64,000 nucleotides of DNA from the human T2T-CHM13v2.0 reference genome, Homo sapiens. The DNA lies in the NCBI RefSeq assembly GCF_009914755.1, contig NC_060936.1. The stretch is one strand, 5' to 3'. The notes beneath the pieces were generated by a model, which was not told where the DNA came from, made no database searches, and saw only the letters and a list, made by a program, of their open reading frames with translations. Below, in pieces: positions 44,945-57,480 of this stretch; position 1 is the stretch's first letter; every line of letters starts with the position of its first letter. The translations under genes were made by a program, and so were the position numbers.

Positions 44945-45865
44945 TTCTGTAAATTGAGAGTCTATTTATAATATAATATTCCTTATGAGCTATTCATAGC
45001 TAAAAAGCTTCTCCAAGGATGCTGAGTACTCCATTTTTATCCCCAAGTCCATAACTGTTGCTGATTCACAATCATTATTTTTGAAATTACAAAGATACTT
45101 GAAGCAAAATGTTCATTTTCATTTTAGCAAGAACCCTTCATTATTTCAATCCTTTTCCAAATTCTTTGCAGACAATGTTGAAAGCTATGTTCTCTTTTTA
45201 TGAAGACAATAGAATTAATTTTGTTTCAGATTATTATGAGAAATGTGGAGTTTTAGAATCTTTTTTTCTTTGAAAAAATACTACTTTTGTGATGGTTCAA
45301 AAGTTGTAAAAATAATCATGGTCATAAGGATAGGATTCATTATATTTTTATAATGCTTTTTGCTTTCTTTTGTAGATTTTGTTCAGTAGAAAATTTTAAA
45401 GCCAAATTGAAGAAGTTTGTAGAAGTGTGTTTATAACACTGAAATAAAATTGAAAGACTAAATGTAAGCTTTTATTAACCAAAAAGATAATAGAGGGTGC
45501 ATTTAATTAGAATATTAAATTAGAACAAATAAAAATATATTTTTGAAATTTAATGCCACTTCTGATTTTGTAGTTTTTATGCATAAAACCATTTCTGCAC
45601 AGTACATCTTTTAGAGTTGTTTGTACAGTAGAATGTCAATGTATGTTTTAGTAACACTTCTATAATAGGTTTCTCAGAATTCACAGGATTTCAGAAAAGC
45701 CTCAAAGTCCTCATGGCCTTCAATAGAGCAATTCTTGTAAAATAAATATCGGTCTGGTCTTATTCTTAATGACATTAAGTCAAAACAAGTAATTTAGATA
45801 CAAATGCTAGGGATTTGTTATTTGAATGCACACAGTTCTTTAGTAAAAATTATTGCATCCACTTT

Positions 45866-46287
45866 TTAAAAAGTAATTTCAACTTTTATATACAGAGAGT
45901 ACATTTGCAGGTTTGTTACATGGGTATATGATGTGATATTGAGGTTTGGAATACAAATTCCGTCACCCAGGTAGTGAGCATAATATCTAATAAGTAGTTT
46001 TTGAACCCACACCCACCTCTCTCCCTCCCTTATCTAGTAGTCCACATTGTCTATTGTTCTCATCATTATGTTCATGTGTACTCAATGTTTAGCTCCCGCT
46101 TGTAAGTGAGAACATGCAGTACTTGGTTTTCTGTTCCTGGTTTATTCACTTAGGATTATGTTCTCCATACCCAAAAGAAAATAAATTGTTTTACCAAAAA
46201 GACACATGCACTCGTATGTTCATCACAGTACTGTTGACAATAGCAAAGACCTAAGGGCCCATCATTGGTGGATGGGATAAAAACAAT
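45866..46287 (-). mobile_element. L1PA15/16-like 3' end with an inverted 5' segment (46168-46287 on +)
   Basis: Antisense 3' UTR (gcaggtttgttacatgggtatat...gtaagtgagaacatgcagtacttgg), then sense tacccaaaagaaaataaattg...aaagacacatgcactcgtatgttcatc. Confidence 0.88.
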
Positions 46288-47479
46288 TTAAAATAAAGAC
46301 ATTTAAAATGGTTTTAGATTATACTTTAAATTATTTGGTTTTATTTTCAGTTGTTCCAAGTTATCAAACGTAGAAATTGCTGTATAATATTTTTATATGA
46401 TCCTCTTTTGAAACTATAATGCATATTATTGTTAAAATAACACACTGAATGTAGTAATTTCCTCACTTTTTGCATAACAGTAACTAAACAAAAAAGTGGC
46501 TTAGAAATATTAATTTAAAAATTGGAAAACCAACGTGTTTTGTTTGGTGGCATTTTAGTTATCTGAAGTGTAAGTAATGCTTGAAAATTGTTTTATATAA
46601 TTGTCAAGAAGCAAAATAAAATTTACTTTTAACTCAGAATACAAAATGACTACGCAGAATCAGTCTCTGACACTACTCATAGAAAGCACCCCCAAAGATT
46701 TCAGAAATTTCATGCAAGAATAGTTTTGCTTGTGCACAATGATTCATCTTCCTCTTATTCCTACCCAACTGCCTGAGATTTTCATGTCATCTAAGGACTC
46801 TTCTAATCCTGAGATGGTACTTTTGAATAGGATCTCCCTTTAGAATACTAAATATAATAAAGAACTATCATGAACAGTAGAATTTATTTAACTCCTCCAT
46901 AGTTTTAGACTACATATTTAAAAGTAAACAAGCAAAACAGTTTACAAAATTGTTTTCTGTATTGTATTTAAACAACATTATTTTCACATATTTGATTATG
47001 TACCTTTAACTTGTAAGGCTTATTTGTTTATTTAGACATTGAAAATTAATAAGGTGGAGTTAGTCTATGGTTCTTTGTAGTTAATTTATATATTTATTCT
47101 TATTTCTATGGTTTCTTGGGTCACCTTCTGGGTTTAGGGTTATCAGAGATTCATATTTCATATATTATTTACCTCACACTGTACACTCCCTGATACAAGT
47201 TTCTGAAGAAAAGCATAGTGAATATTTGCTGATTAACTAAAACCAACTGAGAATAAATATATCTTTGCACTCCCTATTTGGAATATTTTGTTGTTTGTAA
47301 AAATTCTTCCTTTTTCTCAAGTGCTTGCTGCATGTTCAGTATTTGTAGAGTATACTTCCTTAATTGATTAATATTAAGCATGGCTCTTTAACTTGCTTTA
47401 ACCATTAAAGAAGGGGCAGGTGAAACTTCAGAGTTAATAAAAAGTTGCATTTATCTGTTTCTGCTTAATAGTGCCTTAA

Positions 47480-47732
47480 AAGATGTTGCATTTATGTGTT
47501 TCTGCTTCCACCTTGCTCCATGAGTATGACATGCCTCAGTTTGCCATTTTTGCTGTAGTCAGATTCCCAGAATGAATACACATGAACCAAACCCTGTGAT
47601 CCGGTTTAGTCTGTTTAGCCTAAATGAGATTAGTGGACCTGAAGACTACTGAGATTAAATGAATAATTATTGAGCCATTGAGTTTCTGGAGGTTTGTTAT
47701 GCAGCATTATCCTGGTAGAAAAATGGCAAACA
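47480..47732 (+). mobile_element. MLT1 (I/J-like) LTR 3' part
   Basis: gagccattgagtttctggaggtttgttatgcagcatt. Confidence 0.6.
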
Positions 47733-47987
47733 CTCCTTAGCATAGTAAATTAGTATATATTCAGAGCCTCTTAATATAATTGTAAATAAATATGAAAAGA
47801 TAGGAACCATCTTGGCATGTAATCAATAATAAAAAAATAATACTAACATATCTTAAATCTTCCATCTTGATTAAATAGTGTTCACAGTTGATTTGTTATT
47901 CCCAAACTAAAGCTATTACACTGTACATACATTTGCATAATATTTCAAAGAGCAAAATATGTAACACTTTCATTATTCCAAGAAAAA

Positions 47988-48134
47988 TGTGTTTATGTAT
48001 ATATGTGTGTGTGTATGTGTGTATGTGTATGTGTGTATGCATGTGTGTATGTGTATGTGTGTTTTGCATGTGTGTATGTGTATGTGTGTATGCATGTGTG
48101 TATGTGTGTATGTGTGTGTATGTATGTGTGTATG

Positions 48135-48168
<34 letters not shown>
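47988..48168. repeat. long compound (TG)n/(TATG)n microsatellite
   Basis: About 180 bp, mostly alternating purine-pyrimidine. Confidence 0.97.
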
Positions 48169-48170
<2 letters not shown>

Positions 48171-48924
48171 GAAGTGTCATTTCGGGGTCAGTCTCAGGTT
48201 ACTCTCTGGCTTCCATTCAGACACAATAAGTATGGCAGAGTTAATATAAGCATTTCTTCACAAAGAACTAGGGAAATGGCCATACTGTGTAACTTTAAAA
48301 CTTTTTTAACATTAGAGATAGATTATATACAAAGAAAATATATTCTCAATTATATATTGTTGAAAATTGCAATGCATACTTCAGTGATTTAATAACTTAT
48401 GGTACATATACATTTTATATTTTAAAAGATAATGTATCCCAGGGGAAAACCAGCTTTCTCCTGAAGAGATTATTTTACACTTGATGTAAATGTTTAGAAA
48501 GTATTGGCACAAAATAAGACATTACAGCTTTCACATAAGTTTTCTGGCTATGATAGATTTCTGGGTCCCTAAAGTTTCTGCTTTGCTAATTAGCCGGATA
48601 GTATGAAATAAAGACTCACAGGGATGAAAGCACAGAGGAAATAATGAATACATTTCCTTAATTTTACAGATTGTTAAACAAAGCCCAGGTTTTTCCAGGT
48701 TCATAAATTTTATTAAACTGCAAATCAATGTCCATCCCAGATACCTCTTTGGTCTTCCATCTCTATAGGATTACTACTTAGACAGCTGACTCCTGAAATA
48801 CTAGTCAGGCATTTGAAATTTGACAGCTGTAAAATTAAATTTACTTTTATTTTTCACAGTTAAGTGTGGCTTTTTTTCTTACTCAATTAAATTGTTATTA
48901 AGTATTAAGTAGTATGAACGTTGG

Positions 48925-49436
48925 TATCAGCAGGAAAAAGTGGCACACTCAAAATGTAGTGATTTAGGAGACTTTAATGCAAGGGCAGTTTCAAAGTATA
49001 AGGACAAGTTCAAAGAAACCAACAAGGCATATGGAAGCACCCTGAGCTGAGCAACAGCAGGAGATATGAATATTACTTGGCTTGAGGCAGTGGGAAGGAA
49101 CATGTACTGAAATTTACAGCGGGCTGAAGCTGGTGCTGTAGCTGCAACTACAAGAGAGTACTGCTCCACAAGAGCTGTAAAATTTGGTAGAGAAACTCAG
49201 CAAGGGCTAATTTATGGCCAGTTAGGGAGACAACCACGGAACTAAATAACTCAACTTCTTTCTACTCTACCATATTCTCTCCTGAGGATAGCTTCCATTA
49301 CCCAGACTCAATAGGTTGCTAAGGAAAAAAAAAATATGATTGACAAAGACAGTAAAGGTTTGTTTTCTGGTGCCAAAGCAGGGTGGGGAAGAATAAACGG
49401 GAAACCTAGAATGGTAAACAGAGTGTATGTAGCACA
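48925..49436 (-). mobile_element. LTR33-like ERVL LTR
   Basis: caggaaaaagtggcacactcaaa...aaaccaacaaggcatatggaagcaccc...agcaacagcaggag...tagcaca. Confidence 0.65.
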
Positions 49437-51189
49437 CTTGTACAGTGTTTCAAGAAAGAAACAGAAGAATCTTTCAAAATCTCTCCTCCTTCACTCCATC
49501 CAAGTTCATAGTACATTTTGGTTCATCTAAAACTCCAGTGGAACTCTGCCTCTCCGTGGATTGGTTTAATGGATTGAAGCAACCACTGGTGATAAATGCC
49601 AGCTCTCAGCACTTCTCATAATGAGGTAAAAAAAAAATCACAAGTGATTTAGATTCTCCATTATTCATTATTCACTATTTCAAGGTGCTTTATTATGAAA
49701 TCCAGGACATTCTTAGCATAACAAATCCAGAGTTAGGAGTCTATGAGTATGGATGTGGGTGTGTCTTTGTAGAACACACTCTGAGATTCTGTGTGGTAAA
49801 AGCTCTCCTTCAAGTGTGTCACTTAAAAAATAGCTGCACCACATCTGAGGGCCCTCCACCACAGTATGAACAATTTTATGACAAGGATCCAAACCCGACA
49901 ATTAAAAAAATTGAAACATAATAAGCTTAAAATGTGTATTGGTTCTGGGGAAGAGGCTGAAGTGACTTGTGGAAGAAGAACCATGATGCAAATCCGTTCT
50001 GCATGCATCAGCCTGCAATTTCCTTAAGCACTCCTGGACAGAGAAGAGAATGTGCCTGCAGGTAATGACTGAGCTGGAGAAATAGTAAGGCTGTTCACCC
50101 AACCTTCTCTTCCCTAGAGGGTAGTTAGAGCTACACCCTATGGGGCAGAGAGGAAAGGGTGTACCACCTGTGTTACACCTGTGCAAAATAAAGTTTTTTT
50201 TTTAAAAAATGGGCTCTTCACCATCTACTGAAAGACATTTCATCTTTTAAAATGATATGGAAGGTCTGGAATAACTGAATGATACCAAGAAAGGCATATA
50301 TATTTAGATTCAAAATGGTCATGTAAATGAAGGAGTTCGCATCTGGAGAATGAACAAATTTCTGTGTAATCAAAGTATTTTTTACTTTGAAGAACTAAAG
50401 ACACATTTGGTATAAAGGAAGTACCAATTTCAGAAGATATGCACATACTTCTTGAATATAATGTTGACTTTGCATTTCTACTTCTTATTCTGGAGTCCAA
50501 CTTTACAATATAGCATGCATGGGTTTTTACAGTGTGGTTAAGTTTCAAAGGAAGTTAAACAGCAAGATAATAGTAACCCTTGGAAATAGAGGGGAAAATA
50601 TATGAATGCCAGAAACATTGGCCTAGAAAACCAAATTTTTAGCATGATTTGTATCTGTTGAATGCTTAACTCAATGCCCATAATAATCATGTTTTGATTA
50701 ATGGTGCATGAATGAATGAATGAGTAAATCTGGCTCCATTAAAGTATCTTCTTTTTAATAAAACTACAAAAATTTAAACTGAGAGTCCCTGTCTCTGGTA
50801 ATGAATTTGTGTCAGAATCAAGATATGGAATGACTGAATACCCCCACATGAATCAATAAAGATTTCTTTCAGCTGTAGAAATAGAAATTCAGCTTCAGGA
50901 ACTTAAGCCAAACAAAGATTTCAGGCATTTGTTTTAATGAGGCAGAATTATACAGCTGTCTATCTCTAAAAAAGGGAACATCACCATTCTCTGAAGTGGT
51001 GTTTGCTCCAGCCTCAGTGAGGACTATTACTGGAGTTTGTTCTTCTAGAACATTTCATCCCCTCTCATTCACTCTGCTCACAGAAAGCTGGCATCCACAT
51101 TTCCCAGTGAGTAGTCAATGCAGTGAAATTCTCTTAGTGCTGGCTAAATCTCTCTTGCTCTCTTAGACTTTCCTATTCAAGGCAGAGCA

Positions 51190-52045
51190 AACACTTGTGG
51201 TATTGTCTGTCTATTTTCATTTCTTCTAACCCATTCTCCACAAGGCAGCTAGAAGGATCCTTTTAAAGCAGAAATTTTGTTGTGTTAAACCTCTGTTTAA
51301 AAACCTTTAGGGGCCCAGGGGCCTTAAAACCCTTTAAATGCCTCTGAAGACAGTTCAAATGTACTGATTTATCCTCCAAAGCTTTTGGTGATCTGTTATT
51401 TATGTTGCTCAGGAGACCACAAGTATAATTTAAGGGTGGGAAAATTACCCACTGTACTGGACTACCCTTGTAATGAAATCCTCACACTCACTAAATCTTG
51501 GTAATACCACTTCTCTGTCATTCTGACATACAAAAACATCTCCAGAGACCCCCAAATGTTCCTGAGAAGGCTGGAGAACCTGTTCAGTTAGGACTATTAT
51601 TCACTGAAATACTAAACTTCAAATACAGTGAATTATTCACAGTTCACTTAACAAACAACAATAATCATTTTCTCTTACAATAATCATTTTCTCTTACCTC
51701 TGATCCTTCTACATGCTCCTCGCTCTTCTCTTCTGGAACAGTCCTTCACCTCCATAGACCTGACTAATTACAGGAAGATCAACAAATATCACCTTAGGTA
51801 TCTTTTCTGAGCCCCCTCCAAATATAGGTAATGTCTCCTTCTGAGTTGCCGTAGAGACACCTTATACTTACCCTGGATGTGATAATTTAACAAAATAGTA
51901 GGATCTAATTACTTGTTTGTTTCGCTTGCTACATTTAAAGCCATTTGAAAGCAAAAATATTGTCCTATTCAGAATTGCGTTCTTGGTTTCCATCCTCTGA
52001 TGTACTTACCAGGTAATGACTCATACTAGGTGCTTAAATATAAAT
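51190..52045 (+). mobile_element. L2 fragments
   Basis: ccattctccacaaggcagctagaaggatccttttaaa; 3' end taggtgcttaaatat. Confidence 0.55.
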
Positions 52046-52054
52046 GAAGTGATG

Positions 52055-52232
52055 AGGGTGGCACTAAACTTGGAACCTGATGAACTGAGTTTGAATCTGT
52101 ACTTCAATACTATTTGTGTAATCTTGGACAAATCTCTGATAAACTCAGAGCATCCTCCAGTGCTCCTTATCCTGCAGGATTTCAGTGAGGATTAAATGAG
52201 TTAATGTATGTAAAATCTCTTTAAACACTGAT
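52055..52232 (+). mobile_element. MIR with the core partly deleted
   Basis: ctgagtttgaatc...tgtgtaatcttggacaa...gtgaggattaaatgagttaatgtatgtaaa. Confidence 0.75.
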
Positions 52233-55200
52233 TTATACTTAAAATCATTTTCAATTCAAACTATAATTTTCTAAATGTTAGTAGAAATGCCGTTGAGCCG
52301 TAAGTTGCATTTTCCTAAATGGCTTACAAACTTTCTGGACTGTGCAGCTTGTTAGAGAATTTAAATGGCTGTCCAACTAGGCGTGTATTTCAAAACAATT
52401 ACTCAATTCAACTATTTAATCAGCCTGTACTTGTGTGGAGGTTGTTATAATTCATATTAAACTAGCTACTCACGAATAATTTCACAATTATTTCTCTTTA
52501 AAATTGTATTTTTTCTAAGTCCTCTAAAATTTTGTCCTAAATTGGATGAAACATAGCTAAATTATGAAAAATACAATAGCATATGGACAGCTATGTGTTA
52601 ACAAAGGTTTTAGGGCAATGATCTTTTTCTTTTTCAGAGCAAATTTCACTATAGTTTTCTCTTAGTTAATATAATTGATAACAGTTATAGAGCTACTTGG
52701 CATTCTAAACATGCAGACATGTCTTTCGCTGTCTAAAGTAAAATTAAAAACTGCCAATAGTCTTTTATGTTCAGTGGTAGCTGGAAGGAAATTTTTTTTT
52801 TTAAAAAAAAGCTGGTAATAACTGGCTGATACGTGCAATTTGAAAGACGATAGACCTGAGTTGTGCGTATGAGGAAGGAATGACCCAAAGTACTGTGACA
52901 AATGCAGAAGAGAAACTATCCACACAATGAATGTGGGATGCTAAAGTCTTTAACAGTTAGCTCTGTAGCACATAAGTTACCCATCACAATTAATGTCAAG
53001 AAAGCTAATTTGATTAGCATCAATACTAAATTTATAAGCAATTAGGAACCAAGCCCTGTTTAACTCACTGCATTATTATTTATCAATTTATCAGTGGATA
53101 TCTGATTAGAGAGATGTAAATACCTGCAAAATTCCTTTGACCAAGCCATGTGTAGCTCAAAGAAAAGGTGCTAAGCTTTGACCTATTAATAGGCTAAAGA
53201 GTCATACTAAGTAGTTGACTACTAAGGCACACTAATCTAGTCATTAGGACAGTGTCATCAACTCATTTTCATATAATATTGGCAATGAGAACTGTAACAA
53301 ACAGTTCTAATTGTATAATTACCTTAAAATCTGCCTCTGGCCTCTGAATAATATCAAGAATTTATGATTATAGAAACTGGAAGCCTGGCGAAGAGCCAGA
53401 AATTAAACATTTTATTTCCAAGTCTACTCCTCAATGAAAGTTGAATCTCTAAGAATTTTGGCTCATGTACCTAACATGCAAACCTATTCAAGGATAATTG
53501 ACTTTAACATTTAGGAAATACGTGATAAAAATACTACATGAGGTCAAGAGCCATGTATAAGAAGAGGAGGGGGAGCCCCAAGAACAGAACTGGAGGCCAT
53601 GCTGAATTTTGGAAATCAGAGTAGGAGAATGAGTAGTCAGGGTCAGAAATACAGAGTGTGTAATATCATGTAAAGCAAAGAAACATATCAGAGGGAGATG
53701 GTAATCAATAATTGAGTATCCATAGAGACTTTAACTGTATAAGATGTGAATTTGACTATCTTGCTAGAGTTGGATTTTTTTTAAACATTTACAAAGCCAT
53801 ATCTTAAGAAAATTATCAAGAAATAAAGAAAATTTAAAAAATTTAGTATATTAGTAGGTAATTCAGCCAAAGAAGCTAGTAGGTGTTCACAATAGTTATT
53901 AATATTTAAAAGTGTTGAGTGCTTAATTTTAAATTTAAGCTGAAAGGAATATATTTTCTTTTAACCTTTTTTTTTTTTCAATTACATCCAAGCTTATTTA
54001 AAAAGTAGCTGACACATTGTTTTCTTTTTGTCTACCCACTCATTCTGGTACTCACCCCATCTGGTTTACATATCGTAAACCTGCCTAAACTACTCTTATT
54101 TCAGCAATTATCTTCTAGTCAGCAAAAATAGCTGCAAACAAACATGTTTAAAGTAATGTTAAGAGTAATCAGACATAATTGAATCGTGGTTTTTCTCAGT
54201 AGTTAAATATTTATTTGCTAACTTTCCATTCTTCTAAACAATAGATGCACTTTAAATATTTTATTCAATATTTAGTATCTTATAGAAATAAATTAAGACA
54301 ATATGCAACCTCTTGAGTACTTCAACAGATGACCAGTCTTGTGTCTTGTTAATTGTATTATATTGCATTAATTTGCATAAAATACATAGAAACTTTTGCA
54401 TCTGTAAGATGTCTAATGTAAACCCTATACCTTCATTCAATTGTTTTATGAGGAAATAGTATGTCATTGATCTTACTTTGATATGATTTTTCCTTTTAAA
54501 AGACAGTTCATTGCCCTCAAAATATTATAAATTAGGTAACAGAAAGAAAACCAAACAATGTATCAGATTTTAAAATTTTCTCTTAATTTTTAAAAATGTC
54601 AATTTTACAACTTTCCTCCCCCTACTAAATAATTAAAGACAAATCTGGCTTTTATGTTAAACAACTTAATTCTAAGTAGATGGAAAACATTGCATCAGAT
54701 GGCAAAGAATGCTGCCAATTTTGGAGATTGTGCAGTGTGAAAATAAAAACTTATGACTATCACTGCATAAATTTTAATGACTTCTACCTTTTTGAGGGAA
54801 GGCTTTTCTTCAGTAAATAGAGTCCCATTTAGCTAGGGCACATATTCTAACTGATGTCAGTAGCCAAGTTACATGTATGTTAATAGGCACTGAGAATATA
54901 GATTTGCCTGGGTTGAATGGTGAGGATTAAGGTTTATTCAGTTTGATTATAGGAGCAACTTTGGTCACCTTGAATCTCTGAAAGAATATCTCGCATATGG
55001 TTTGAGCATAGTAGGAATCAATGTATTTGTTGGATTGTTGATTTTATCTCCCTAGTTCCCATATGACTGAACTGAAATGAGGTATATCTTGTCAAAATTT
55101 AGACAAATGGGAAGATTCTTGAGAAGAGTCTATTAAGAGAGAGAAGAAATAATTTGGTTTAAGTAAGCCTCTGGTAACTTTATTCAAATGTGGCCAATCC

Positions 55201-55549
55201 TTTCATAAGAACTAAAGTGGAGTATCATAGGCAGGAACATATGTGCAAGGAAGGTTATAGCTCAGCTGAAAAAGCTAAAACTACCAATCACTCTTATCAG
55301 AAAAGTCCCTACATAGATGAGGCTGAATTCAGCCTGAAGACATGTTCTTGTTTGTACTGTATGGTGTCTTAAAAGTGAACTTGAATATCATTAGTCACGG
55401 GCTATACTTTCTACCCACTATTCCCAATCATTTTAAACTAGATCTGCTTTACCTTCATTATTTTTTGACTCACCTCCAAGGCATTTGAGTGTGAGATGCT
55501 TGCCTAGACAAACAAACAAACAAAAACACAACAAAACAAACTTGTCCAT

Positions 55550-55970
55550 GGTAGTCTTTCAGTTTTGCCCAGAAAAAGATCCCAGATAACAATTCAAACG
55601 AAAATATTACATTTGGGAAGATATTATAGTAAAATCTACTAAGGGAATAAGAAAGAAATACAAGAGAAAAAGAGCTGATGCAAGTTGTGTTGTTATGCTA
55701 GTTACTAATATAGGTAACTTGACCTCAATTCTCTGGGGAGCTTTGCAAGTCGATATAGAACAAGGACATCCTAACCTAGGGATAAAAGAGGTAGTATATA
55801 TTTTATTTTACCAACTCTAGTCAACAATTGTTGAAGGCTAATAGGGCAGAATTGGGAGGCATTAATTTTCAGAAACTTCAGGCCAGACATGTAGGCTAGA
55901 CTTTAACAGTTAGAAATGCACCTGAAGGGTAAACTTTAAGGAGTATGGCCTGGTCAGCCAGCATCTACGA
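55550..55970 (-). mobile_element. LTR16-like ERVL LTR
   Basis: atttgggaagat...ctagttactaatataggtaacttgacctcaattctctggggagc...cagcatctac. Confidence 0.55.
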
Positions 55971-57480
55971 GAGCTTGTGTTTGTTTAAAGTGCTGTGAGA
56001 GGGTTGTAAGTTACCTCAATAGCTCATACCGTAAGAGCCTTGCACATCATAAACCAAGGGGATGAGAACACAGTAAGGAGATCTTACAGATTAAGAACTT
56101 AGAACACCAGTGCCAGGAGAGGAACCAATGGAGGGAATGGGTTCATCACTGGTTTGAAAAATAGTTCCAACAAAATCCACTGGTATGCAAAATGTCAGGG
56201 TAGACAATCTACTAGAGAATATTCACTGAGGAACATTCTAGAAACTTAGGTTACTGCAGTGTTTCAGTTATAACACACTAAAGCAATCCAAAAAAATATA
56301 GAGCCATGTGGTCGTAGAAATTTTCTTGTACTCTACATTTTTTCTTGATTTCTTATGTCTATCAACTTGTGAGAATACTGCTGTACTTTTAACGAACATT
56401 AACCAGGTAAGTGTGCAGATGTAAAAATCCAATATCCTATGAAGATGTAAAATTAGAACAAAATCAAAGAAGATTAAGAACAAGTAAAAACTATTGAAAT
56501 TTTAGCTTTTCCTTCCCACTCCCTGAATCCAGCCCCTGCACTCAGCTAAGTAATGGACATCTCAAGACAGACTAGCTTTGAATTTAAAGTGACTTATATT
56601 TATATCCTGAGTTTCTTATTTCTACCACTCTAATTAATAGCTTTAGCATAACTGCTATTTTCCATGAACTTCTTTATAGAAATACAAATTACAGATGGTG
56701 GTTTCTTAGAAAATTCAAAGCACATTGCTTAATTTATTGATGATTTGTAGTAAATTACACCATGTCAATAAGCAAATTAAAGCCTTAAGAAAGGCAAAAT
56801 ATCAACACAAGCCTATCCTCCTTCAGCTTTTGTTATGTAAATTGCTATAAAATGTGATAATACTATTATAATAAGGAAATAGAAGAGTATATTGCAAAAT
56901 TAGGCTTATAAAATCTCAAAAGTTTTGTTAGGACCAGGCTTAATTCAGCATTTAACTGATATAAACCATATATTCAATAACATGTTTTAAGATATGAAGA
57001 ATAAATGCTATTTATATTATTTTCATATGTCTTGGAGCACAATGAGACACAGAGACTTATAAAAGCATATCAAATATAATAATGATGTATCACCAGATTG
57101 AATGAGATAATTAAATTGTAATGCTCGCCAAGTAAAAGCTTCTATGTATTTTATATAGAAAAGTTATTTTGTGCTCTAAAGAGATATTTCTGGCCTGTTG
57201 GACTTATAATTTGTCTCTGTGAGATAAAGCTTATATTGTTGAGTTAATTAAATCCTGTGTCTAGTGTTCAATCATTCAGTTAGTGACATTTAGTCTCATG
57301 AATGTTCCACAGTTTATTAGATTAGGAATTTTAAACACAAAATTTCATAAAAAGTGAATACATACACAAATACCACACTCTCTTGATTATTCCAGTTTTA
57401 AAATGACTTAAAATCAGATAACACTAATCGTCTAGTGTTATCTAGAATAGTCAAAGCAAGCAAGTTGCCACTAATAACTG

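Noticed and set aside
47888-48392. Overlapping Cys/Val- and His/Thr-rich ORFs
   Set aside because: These are translations of the (TG)n/(TATG)n tract; the same applies to the ORFs at 5046-5261, 44706-44971 and 60539-60807.
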